From: Gemmatimonadota bacterium
Lineage (GTDB): Bacteria; JBHIER01; G020348925
DNA length: 64,000 nt
Direction: 5' to 3'
Assembly: GCA_020348925.1 (NCBI GenBank)
Contig: CP070758.1
Location: 1,258,469 to 1,322,468 of the forward strand
Part shown: one piece after another, positions 28,194 through 37,504 of the stretch
Numbering within the stretch: position 1 is the stretch's first letter
Layout: each line of letters begins with the position of its first letter
Position numbers and translations under genes: made by a program
The notes under the pieces: generated by a model
What the model saw: only the letters and a program-made list of their open reading frames with translations
The model's database searches: none
Told to the model about the DNA's origin: nothing

Positions 28194-30086
28194 ATGTTAA
28201 GAGTTTTTCTTATGTCTGCGGCAGTGGTCCTTTGCGCATCCGCTCTCGTTGCCCAGGATGCGATCTGGCAGCAGGAATATCAGGCCAGTCTTGAGGGGGA
28301 GATGACGTGTGCTTATTCCGGAGGATTCCAGTACGCCAAGCCGGTTTTGGTTGATATCGACGACGATGGTGATCTCGACCTCTTTGTCGGAGAGCGCTAT
28401 ATGGGTATCGATTTTATCCGTAATGACGGTGATGGGACGCATCCTCTGTGGACCTTTGTTGATAGGAGTTTTTTACCGCTTTACGGTGATTACTTTGCGC
28501 CGTCTTTTTGCGACATCGATGCGGACGGTGATCAGGATGCGTTCATCGGCAGCTGGGACGGCCAGATACGGTACTATCGGAACAACGGCAACAGCACTTC
28601 GCCGATCTGGACCCTGGAGACGGAAATGTTTGATTCCATAAAAGTGGAATATCATTCGACACCCACTTTCTGCGACATTGATGCTGACAGCGATTACGAT
28701 CTGTTTCTCGGAACGAACGAAGGAAATGTCCACTTCTACCGAAATGATGGCACGCCCGCGGTTTACTCCTTCACTCTTGTGGACGAATTCTACGTTACAG
28801 CCGCGTCAGGACAATACGGTCCTCCGACATTTGCCGATATAGACAATGATCTTGATTACGACCTGTTTGTCGGAACGAATCGGAATCTCTATTTCTTTCG
28901 AAATGAGGGCGATCCAATCAATAGCGCGATGACATTGGAGTCCACACGATATGCCGATATCAGGACAATGCATAACTGTTACGCAACTTTTGGGGATATT
29001 GACAGCGATGGGGATCTGGACTTGCTCCTGGGTGATGCCTTTGTGGGGCTCACGTACTATAAAAATATTGGAAATGCGGATTCGGCCGCCTGGCAGCTGG
29101 CCGATGAATTCTACGCGACTATCGACGTGACCTACCCTGGCTATCCTGCCATTGCGGACATTGACGGGGACAGTGATTTCGACCTGTTCATGGGGAGATA
29201 TTATGATGGCATTTACATGTTTACAAACGCGGGAACAAGGAGAGCCGAGGCCTGGGTCCTCCAACAGGACGTTATAGTGGAACAAGGGAGTCTCCCGGCA
29301 TTGTGTGATATTGACGGCGATGATGATCTCGACCTTTTTTGCGGTCACATCAATGGAACGCTCCTTTTCTATGAAAACATCGGTACCGTCCAGGAGCCGC
29401 TTTGGGCAGACGCTGTGGAAAATTATAACAGTATTAATACCGGGGATTATTGCTCGCCGGTATTCTGCGACATAAATGATGATGGTGATTTTGACCTCTT
29501 TGTCGGCAAAGGAGACGGCACGCTCAGTTATTACGAAAATACCGGAGATGCCACCTCCCCACAGTGGGCGGTAGCTGATCCCTTTTACTTCCAGATCGAT
29601 CCTGGGGCGAGAAGTAAACCCGAATTCTGTGATATCGATCGAGATGGAGACTTCGATCTTTTCATAGGAAAAAATGACGGAAGGATTTCCTTTTATAGAA
29701 ATGAAGGGAACGTGAGCTCACCCTCATTCACACTGGAAACCGCATACTATGATTCAATTCAATTTCAAGGACAACTGAAGCCGGTTTTCGCCGACATCGA
29801 TGGAGACGGTGATCAGGATCTTTTCGCAGGTGACGAAGATGGTGGCCTGCACTTCTGGCGGAATTTGATTTTGGAGCCTCAGGCGATAGCACGCGGCGAC
29901 TGCAACGGCGACGGGGATGTCGATCTTCTGGATATCATAACATCGGCCAACCACATTCTTGGATTCACGACCCTTGTGGGGGACGTCCTCTGGGCGGCCG
30001 ATTGCAACGATGACGGTGAAATCGATCTTTTCGATCTCATCGGCATTGCCAACGTGATTCTGGGTCTGGGCGAATGCGAGCCGTGA
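28194..30086 (+). CDS. Secreted FG-GAP/VCBS-repeat protein with C-terminal dockerin
   Basis: AGGAGG RBS, signal peptide, about 11 PxFxDIDxDGDxDLFxG..YxNxG repeats, and RGDCNGDGDVDLLD..ADCNDDGEIDLFD..GECEP. Confidence 0.9.
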   Translation: MLRVFLMSAAVVLCASALVAQDAIWQQEYQASLEGEMTCAYSGGFQYAKPVLVDIDDDGDLDLFVGERYMGIDFIRNDGDGTHPLWTFVDRSFLPLYGDYFAPSFCDIDADGDQDAFIGSWDGQIRYYRNNGNSTSPIWTLETEMFDSIKVEYHSTPTFCDIDADSDYDLFLGTNEGNVHFYRNDGTPAVYSFTLVDEFYVTAASGQYGPPTFADIDNDLDYDLFVGTNRNLYFFRNEGDPINSAMTLESTRYADIRTMHNCYATFGDIDSDGDLDLLLGDAFVGLTYYKNIGNADSAAWQLADEFYATIDVTYPGYPAIADIDGDSDFDLFMGRYYDGIYMFTNAGTRRAEAWVLQQDVIVEQGSLPALCDIDGDDDLDLFCGHINGTLLFYENIGTVQEPLWADAVENYNSINTGDYCSPVFCDINDDGDFDLFVGKGDGTLSYYENTGDATSPQWAVADPFYFQIDPGARSKPEFCDIDRDGDFDLFIGKNDGRISFYRNEGNVSSPSFTLETAYYDSIQFQGQLKPVFADIDGDGDQDLFAGDEDGGLHFWRNLILEPQAIARGDCNGDGDVDLLDIITSANHILGFTTLVGDVLWAADCNDDGEIDLFDLIGIANVILGLGECEP

Positions 30087-30172
30087 TATTCGGATTTCTT
30101 GTCGCGACAGAGTGTTTTCCGTACTAAGGTGAAACCATAAACCATGAGATATTAAACGAAAGGGGGTTTGTC

Positions 30173-31090
30173 ATGAGGAAACAAATTCTTGTCGTATCTC
30201 TCCTCATAGGAGTTTTTCTGCTTCACACGGGATTGTGGGGGCAATTGTTTGAAGAAAACTTTGATTACCTTGCAGGAGATGCGCTGACCGATCATGGCTG
30301 GACACAAATTCGATCGGGCACTCCGATAACAGTTTCAACTCCGGGTCTAACATATCCGGGTTATTCACTCTCAAGCATAGGTAATGCTGCCTCGCTAGTT
30401 ACGGGTAACGGACAAGAGGTAAAAAATACATTCACCGAGCAAACGAATGACAGTCTTTATGTCTCATTTCTGATCAATGTCGGTGAGGCAACTACTGCGA
30501 ACGATGGCATATACTTTTATTTAGGTCCAACAGATATAAGTATCTTTAGTCGGCGATTGACCGCTTACGTCAGAAAAGATACCTCGGACAACTTAGCCTT
30601 TGGTGTTGCAAAAAACAGTGGTATCGGCTTTACAGGTTTTTCGTATTCAATGAATACGACACATCTCATTGTGATGAAATACAAATTTAATCCCGATACA
30701 GATGATGACGAAGTAAGTTTGTGGGTGGATCCGTTATTATCAGGTTCAGAACCTCCTCCGGATCGAACGATATCAAGCGGGAGTGATGCATCGGAGCTTG
30801 CAGAGATTGTACTCTCTCAACTCACAGCGAGTAACACTGCCCCGACAGCAGAGGTAGATGGTATACGAATAACCACCAGCTGGTTTGAAGGCCAAAGAGG
30901 CGACTGCAACGGTGACGGGGATGTCGATCTCCTGGATATTATTACGGCGGTGAATCACATTCTGGGGGTTACGGTTCTTGAGGGGGTTGATCTCTGGGCG
31001 GCCGATTGCAACGGCGACGGTGACATCGACCTCCTGGATCTCATCGGCATTGCCAACGTGATTCTGGGCCTGGGCGAATGCGAGCCGTGA
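30173..31090 (+). CDS. Secreted beta-sandwich (ConA-like) protein with C-terminal dockerin
   Basis: Signal peptide, LFEENFDY..LIVMKY..VSLWVDP..VDGIRITTSW, and a dockerin ending GECEP. Confidence 0.85.
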   Translation: MRKQILVVSLLIGVFLLHTGLWGQLFEENFDYLAGDALTDHGWTQIRSGTPITVSTPGLTYPGYSLSSIGNAASLVTGNGQEVKNTFTEQTNDSLYVSFLINVGEATTANDGIYFYLGPTDISIFSRRLTAYVRKDTSDNLAFGVAKNSGIGFTGFSYSMNTTHLIVMKYKFNPDTDDDEVSLWVDPLLSGSEPPPDRTISSGSDASELAEIVLSQLTASNTAPTAEVDGIRITTSWFEGQRGDCNGDGDVDLLDIITAVNHILGVTVLEGVDLWAADCNGDGDIDLLDLIGIANVILGLGECEP

Positions 31091-31177
31091 TTTTTTGTGA
31101 TTTTCGAGTCGAACCTCAGAAGGGCTCAATATTGGGGGTGAAAATTCTGAAGAAGGTCTTGTAATGGAGGATCCCTT

Positions 31178-31969
31178 GTGAAACGGTTCTTTATCCCTTT
31201 CCAGATGGTCTTAGCTATCGTTGTGATTGTAACGTGCCCTGTACGGGATGCTGGGGCCACCAATGCACTCTCTGTTGTGAGCAATACTTATCCTTCGGGG
31301 ACGAGGGCAATTGAGGTCGCCGTAACCCTGACCAATGACGACGCCGTCTGGGGGGTTCAATTTTATCTCCGCGATACACCGGATGTATTTACTGGGGATT
31401 CGGTATTGTCATTACTGGAGGATGATGATTTTGTGGTTCAAGGGAATGATGTTGGCGGTGTGTATCGTGTCATCTTCCTCAACATCTCGCTGAACGATAT
31501 ACCATCAGGATCTTTTCAGACGATTTGTACAGTACAATATACTGTGGAGCCGGAATTTCAAGGGGCCGTGGAGTTGGATCTTTCGAATATTGAATTGATA
31601 AACAGGCACGGTCAATATATGGATGTGGTGACTTCAAAGGGAGTGATCACCATTGGTGGTAGTACGTATCTCACCGAGGACATAACCATCGGAGAACATT
31701 TCCCAGCATCCTTCTTGCTTATGCAGAATGCACCGAATCCATTCAATTCCGAAACAAGCATCACTTTCGGGTTGCCTGTGAGTACAAGGGTAACGCTCAC
31801 GATATACAACCTCTTGGGTCAGGCGATGCAGACGTTGGTCGATTCAGAATTGACCCCCGGTTATTTTACCATCCCTTGGAATGTCCAGGATACTCCAAGT
31901 GGTGTCTACCTGTACACGATGAAAGCAAACGGTTTTCAAGAGACAAAAAGAATGCTCCTGCTGAGATGA
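31178..31969 (+). CDS. Secreted cohesin-like domain plus T9SS-type C-terminal sorting domain (mini-scaffoldin candidate)
   Basis: GGAGG RBS, GTG start and signal peptide. IEVAVTLTNDDAVWGVQFYL..IPSGS..ICTVQYTV..LDLSNIEL..SKGVITIG follows the cohesin beta-sandwich pattern. QNAPNPFN..KRMLLLR. Confidence 0.7.
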   Translation: MKRFFIPFQMVLAIVVIVTCPVRDAGATNALSVVSNTYPSGTRAIEVAVTLTNDDAVWGVQFYLRDTPDVFTGDSVLSLLEDDDFVVQGNDVGGVYRVIFLNISLNDIPSGSFQTICTVQYTVEPEFQGAVELDLSNIELINRHGQYMDVVTSKGVITIGGSTYLTEDITIGEHFPASFLLMQNAPNPFNSETSITFGLPVSTRVTLTIYNLLGQAMQTLVDSELTPGYFTIPWNVQDTPSGVYLYTMKANGFQETKRMLLLR

Positions 31970-32053
31970 TTCCTCCTCAATTTGGTTGAATCCGTAGAAC
32001 TTTCCATGATGTTGTGAATACCTCAATACTCTTTGAAATCCTTCCCCTTTGAC
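31967..32053 (+). repeat. ~85-bp conserved element, degenerate copy 6
   Basis: TGATTCCTCCTCAATTTGGTTGAAT..TCTTTGAAATCCTTCCCCTTTGA. Starts at the stop codon, with the second sub-site 67 nt later. Confidence 0.5.
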
Positions 32054-32370
32054 AACCATCGGTCTTTAAGTTCGCATTTTCGAATTCATAAAATTACCCG
32101 GACGTCAGGTTCCAAGTGAGTCGATTTGAACTCACTTTTTCCGTTTGTGTGTCCAAAAGGATTCTCTATGATTCTTTTGAATGCCGTATTGTATGGTGGC
32201 CACGAGATGAGATGTTTCTTCTAATATGTTGCAATAGAGAGCATTCGGTTAATGATCTTAAATAGTGTTCTGACGAAAATGGACTGGCATGCTATTTGCA
32301 AATAGTTTTTCGTTACGACGCGGTTTTGAACAACAAGAGGGAAAAAACGTGAAATGGTAAGGAGGTCCAC

Positions 32371-35109
32371 GTGAAAAGATGTGCTTATTTCGTCCTCAGT
32401 GTGGTGCTGATTTCGAACCTCAGTACAGTCTCTGTGGCGCAGGATAGCTTGAACGTCAAACTGCTCGGCGAAGTTCACCACTTTGTCGAGCAATCCTACA
32501 ACGTCGCCGTGTCGGGTGACTACGCATACATTGCCTCAGGAACAGCCTCCGGTCTTCGCGTCCTGGATCTGTCCGATCCTGCCGTGCCTCTGGAAGTGGG
32601 GTATTCCATCAACAGCGATCCGTGCCCTGACGTTTACATGTGGATGGCCTATAAGGTCAAGGTATCAGGGAATTATGCCTACGTACTCTACTTCGACGGC
32701 ACTTGGTCCTTTCTGAGTTTCAGGTTGTACGTGTACGACGTATCGGCTCCCAGTGCGCCTCAGCAGATGGGATATGTCTCTTTGCCGGACAACTGCACCG
32801 ATCTGTTTGTCGAAGGGGATTATGTCTACGTTACTGCCTATAATTTCGGTGGCTTCGCCGGTGTTGTCGTGGTTGATGTGTCCGATCCCATGCAGCCGGT
32901 TGAAGCCGGTTCTTTCCAGACATGGGGAATGCCGGAAGAGGTGTATGTACTCGACAATATCGCTTACGTTGCCCATAACGACGCGCTCCTCGTGTATGAT
33001 GTGGCCGATCCCTGTTCACCAACAGAACTCGGCAGGTACTCTCCGGATGCCGAGATAGTTTTTGTTCATCACGTCGCGGTGCAAGGTGAATATGTCTACA
33101 TCCTCGACTCGGCCTTCGGCCTGCGTGTTTTAGATGCTTCCGATTTCTCCCGGATCGAAGAAGTGAGCTCGTTCCCTCACAACCAGGGGGATGCGTACTT
33201 TTCATCCATGGTCGTCTCCGGCGATCTTCTCTATTACCTGCAGAATGGTGATATTTCGGATAAACGACTGATCATACTCGATGTGTCCGACCCGACGGCC
33301 CCCGAGGAAGTGGGCTCGTACGATATGCCGGGATTCTGGTGGTTTTACGGCTTTGATTGTGATTGTGAGCGTGGATACGCCTGCGTTGCTGGGGGGTCCC
33401 ACGGGCTACGAGTGGTGGAGGTTTCGGATCCCGGTTCAATTGAGGAAGTCGGCTTCTACGATCCGCACAGCCCTACCCTCGGATTGGCGGTGTCCGGGGA
33501 CTACGCTTTTCTCTCAACGAACAGTGACACTGAAAACCTGTTGGTCTACGATGTGTTCGATCCCTCATGGCCGATAGAGGTGAATTCTTTGACTTTTGAG
33601 GGGCGGCCGAAATGGATTTCGATCTGGGAAGACTATCTTTACGTGCCCGGTGTGGATGTCGATCTGGTCTTCGGCGTGAGTGTGCTGGACATTTCGGATC
33701 CGCAGGACCCGGAGGAAATCGGATGCTGGCTCATTCCTGAGGGAAGCTTTGGAGTTCCCCTCAGCGTGGAGCGGTACGAAAATTACGCCTATGTCGCGAC
33801 AGCGTACGGAGGCGTTCAGATCTACGAAGTCTCAGAGCCAGATCAGCCCATAACACTGGACAATTGGACGCTCTGGGATCCATTAATAAACCAGGACTTC
33901 GGGGTTCGCAATGTGGCGGTCTCGTGGCCGTACCTCTTCGCACCGGACCAAGCCTATGGCCTCTATGTCCTCGATGTCTCGGATCCGACAGACATCGCTG
34001 AGGTGGCCAGCTACCAGACGCCGGGCGAGGCCTTTTGGGTCGATCTCTCCACTGACAATACCTGTCTGTATCTAGCGGATTTTTCCGGCGGTCTTCGCAT
34101 CTTTGACGTGTCAGACCCATCAGCACCGGCGGAGGTCGGATGTGTCACTGAGAATTTGGAAAGGGCCAATCATGTTCTGATCTCCGGGGATTCTCTTTAC
34201 GTGACGGACGCCCTGGGCATTGGCCTCCATATCTTCGATGTGTCCGATCCAACGGCACCCAAAGAAGTTGCCTATCACAAAACACCAGGGGTGAACGTCA
34301 CCGATATCGCCTTGGCCAATGGCTTGATCTATATTTCCGATTGGACCCATTTCGAGATCTTCGAAATGATCCCGGAGCCTTCACCTGTCGTGGATTCCGA
34401 TGGGGATGGAGTCATCGACAGTGAGGACAACTGCCCGAATGTGTACAATCCCGAGCAGGCTCCGGTTGACAGGGGCGACGTCGACTGCGAAGGCGGGATC
34501 AACGTACTCGATGTCGTGGCTGTCGTCAACCACATTTTGAACACGGAGCCCTTGATCGGTGAACCCCTTGACCGGGCAGACTGCAACGGTGACGGGTATA
34601 CCGATGTCCTGGATGTGGTTGGCCTAGTGAACGTCATTCTGGGTATTGTTCCGGAATGTCAGGGGGGCGGTTACAGACCTGGGACCAGCTTTGAAATGAT
34701 GGAATTCTTCACGGTACTGCAAGACTATCTCACGGCTGAAGATTTTGTTCGGTTCATGGCTCTCGTCAGATCCGAAGTGCAACTTCCGGCGGAGCACCGT
34801 CTCCTGCAGAATTATCCAAACCCCTTCAATCCGACGACGGATATTAGATATCAGATATCGGATGTGAGATACAATAAGCAAGGAGAGGCAGGCAAGATGA
34901 CTGCCCGTACGACGTTGAAGGTATACAACATACTAGGACAGGAGATACGGGCGTTAGTCGATGAGCCGCAGGGACCGGGTTGTTACAGCATCGTTTGGGA
35001 TGGTCGAAATGAAAGGGGGAACGAAGTTCCCGGCGGCGTTTACTTTTATACGTTGTCGGTGAACAGTGGTCAGTGGTCGGAAACAAGACGCATGGTGCTA
35101 TTAAAGTAA
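32371..35109 (+). CDS. Secreted LVIVD-repeat propeller protein with TSP3 repeat, dockerin and FlgD-Ig/T9SS-type C-terminal domain
   Basis: AGGAGG RBS and GTG start. Many VxGxYAY..GLxVxDVSDPxxP repeats, DSDGDGVIDSEDNCPNVYNPEQ, RGDVDCEGGINVLD..ADCNGDG, and QNYPNPFNP..RRMVLLK. Confidence 0.9.
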   Translation: MKRCAYFVLSVVLISNLSTVSVAQDSLNVKLLGEVHHFVEQSYNVAVSGDYAYIASGTASGLRVLDLSDPAVPLEVGYSINSDPCPDVYMWMAYKVKVSGNYAYVLYFDGTWSFLSFRLYVYDVSAPSAPQQMGYVSLPDNCTDLFVEGDYVYVTAYNFGGFAGVVVVDVSDPMQPVEAGSFQTWGMPEEVYVLDNIAYVAHNDALLVYDVADPCSPTELGRYSPDAEIVFVHHVAVQGEYVYILDSAFGLRVLDASDFSRIEEVSSFPHNQGDAYFSSMVVSGDLLYYLQNGDISDKRLIILDVSDPTAPEEVGSYDMPGFWWFYGFDCDCERGYACVAGGSHGLRVVEVSDPGSIEEVGFYDPHSPTLGLAVSGDYAFLSTNSDTENLLVYDVFDPSWPIEVNSLTFEGRPKWISIWEDYLYVPGVDVDLVFGVSVLDISDPQDPEEIGCWLIPEGSFGVPLSVERYENYAYVATAYGGVQIYEVSEPDQPITLDNWTLWDPLINQDFGVRNVAVSWPYLFAPDQAYGLYVLDVSDPTDIAEVASYQTPGEAFWVDLSTDNTCLYLADFSGGLRIFDVSDPSAPAEVGCVTENLERANHVLISGDSLYVTDALGIGLHIFDVSDPTAPKEVAYHKTPGVNVTDIALANGLIYISDWTHFEIFEMIPEPSPVVDSDGDGVIDSEDNCPNVYNPEQAPVDRGDVDCEGGINVLDVVAVVNHILNTEPLIGEPLDRADCNGDGYTDVLDVVGLVNVILGIVPECQGGGYRPGTSFEMMEFFTVLQDYLTAEDFVRFMALVRSEVQLPAEHRLLQNYPNPFNPTTDIRYQISDVRYNKQGEAGKMTARTTLKVYNILGQEIRALVDEPQGPGCYSIVWDGRNERGNEVPGGVYFYTLSVNSGQWSETRRMVLLK

Positions 35110-35639
35110 AGGTCTGTTATTTCCACTGAAAGAGCCCCCTGTGGTTTCATCAGAGGCGGTCTCGTCTGTTGGTCCATGCAAGGAAGGGAGGTTTCTGTAA
35201 ATATTTGATGATCATTTGTGTTCCCTTATATTACGAACAAAGTGACGGTTGTCAAAGAACTTCACTTCCACACCATCACGGAAAGCTGGATATTCTAACG
35301 AAAGGTGGAAGAATTCTTTTTAATTGAGTACGTTAACATGATTACTGGCAGTTCAGATCTTCTGGGTATCAAGAACACCCCGGCACTTCCAAGACAATGA
35401 AGCGATGAGATTATCTGATGGACAACTTCATACATGAAATCACAGGCAGGATCGATGAGGACAAATGTTCCATGCTCAGGGCCATACTCGATCCCATGCG
35501 GATGAAAGCATGCGGGTGTTCCCAATTCAAGGTAAACGAATCTCCGAAGCTCAATCCAGTGCCTTTACTGAACCATATACCATTGTTAGTATAAAGATTT
35601 TAAGAAACCTTAGTTTAAACATTACCTCCTCTTCGTGTT

Positions 35640-37440
35640 TTAAGATTCCAGCTGTCTCATATATTCTTTTAGTTCTTTTTGCCTACTCATTGCAATNNNN
35701 NNNNNNNNNNNNNNNNNNNNNNNNNNNNNNNNNNNNNNNNNNNNNNNNNNNNNNNNNNNNNNNNNNNNNNNNNNNNNNNNNNNNNNNNNNNNNNNNCACA
35801 CCGATTAACTTCTCTTTCTTATTTTTCCACACGACGCGATATTCAATTTCCAGCCACACCAGTAAAGCGGCAGCAACGATGGGACCGGTGAGACCTGGTT
35901 TACAGGTAGCAGCCCCGATACCGAGGAACGGAGGGAATGCCACACAGAATGTAACAGCGCTTGCCTCGGCCACCAGGCTGGCAATGGCAAGAGCCTCGCT
36001 GTATTTATAGAAATTTTCTTCCGTCCAGACATAGGGATCATTGTCTAAATCAGACGATGTCATGCCTTCTACCCGACCGCGGGCCTTGCTGTTGCTGCCG
36101 AGAAAAGAGAGGTAGCGGTTGGCAGTACCAGGGGGTTTGGCGTTGATCTTAATGCCTATCCCATCACCAGTATCAACATTTGTATTTTCAAAGCGTGCGA
36201 TATGCCCCGAAGAGGATCCGCTGACATGCAATTGATACGTTGTTGGAGCAACCGCTCCGATTCCCACGGAGCCTCCCACATGGCAGTTTCCACCGGTAGC
36301 GGCCGTGCATACCGGACAGGCCGAATCAGCCTCAGCCGGACTGCTTCCCCCAATCCAGGCCCACTCGGAACTTCCGGGTCCAGAAACCCGGAGAGTATCA
36401 CAATCAAGTCTCGGTCCACATACTCCGCCTTTGATACCGACCTTTCCATTGGGATCGATATACATGACCGTATCCGGCCTTTGCATGGCACTGCCCGCAG
36501 TAAACAGAAGCCAGCCATGGCCCAGTCTGATACGGGACGTCCCCCGGCCCATTCCACTATTATCGTAGAGTTCAGTTCCTGTCGGATCGACATGGTAGTT
36601 ATAGCCGACATCCATGGCGTCTATGCTGTCCAGGGGTTTCGGTCCGTACAGCCAGCCCCAGGCTTGAGATCCCGGCAGTTTGAGATGGTGATAATCGGTC
36701 CCACTGAGACCCAGTTGTCCGTCGCCATTGAGCGTCACATTCCCGTCGAACTGCCCTGCAATGCTGTCAGGATGAACCGCCTGGGCGAAAACTGACGTAT
36801 CTCCTGCCTGGGACGCCAGGCCAAGGACACCGATTTTACCGGCGCCTGTTACACCCGTTCCGGTGAGACATTTTCCATCGATAGCGACGCCATCACAGTC
36901 GTTGATGACGGTGAGCATAGGGATCGTATTCCTGCACCGATCGGCTTTTCCCACCGTATCCAGTCCCACCGCCGAATCGGGATGGACAGAGCTGATGAAC
37001 TCCGAGGCATCACGACCGTCAATCATATCAGCATGAATCGTGTATCCCACCGTTGCGATCCGCTCCCTCGGCTGCATCTCGGAGTCACCGATGACCGTGA
37101 TTCCGAGCCAGCGATCTCCACCCAGCCTCACAACCTCATTAAAACTCACTGAATCATAGAAGACCTCCTGCGGTATGGGTCCCAGCATGATATCATAGAC
37201 ACCACCCCATACCAAAACGGACAGGGTATCACCCCATAGTAATTCCCCTCCCGTTGGATCGGTATAGATGCAGAAGGCCATATCCCTGTTGCCATGTATC
37301 AGAGTTCCATCGGGTTCCACCAGCCTCCCCTGGGCATTGATCAAACCGGGTCGGGCATTTTTCCCGAAAGCCACACCTGAAAAGAGAAATGGTATTGCGA
37401 GAGTCACGATGAGCCAACACATCACAGTTTTTAATTTCAT
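35640..37440 (-). CDS. Secreted tail-fibre-like protein (paralog 1), interrupted by an N-gap
   Basis: Signal peptide and PGLINAQGRL..F.IY...GG.LLW N-domain, colinear with 37505-39739 up to ..IGV at the gap. After the gap, a coiled-coil-like end IAMSRQKELKEYMRQLES* stops at 35640. Confidence 0.7.
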
Positions 37441-37504
37441 TTTCGTTCTACCCTTTCACTTGAGTTTCAATCATATATATAATACTATGCGAATTACATT
37501 CTGA

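Noticed and set aside
17505-35109. Classical cellulosome
   Set aside because: No recognisable cellulase or hemicellulase domain is attached to any dockerin, and there is no multi-cohesin scaffoldin.
35295-35622. Intact gene
   Set aside because: A good RBS and ATG at 35622 are followed by a stop after 23 codons, and the downstream frame is not recognisable. At most a decayed remnant.
35683-35696. 'CNE*' as the end of the 37440 gene
   Set aside because: The frame across the gap is arbitrary. Another frame gives a coiled-coil ending at 35640 that resembles the paralogs.
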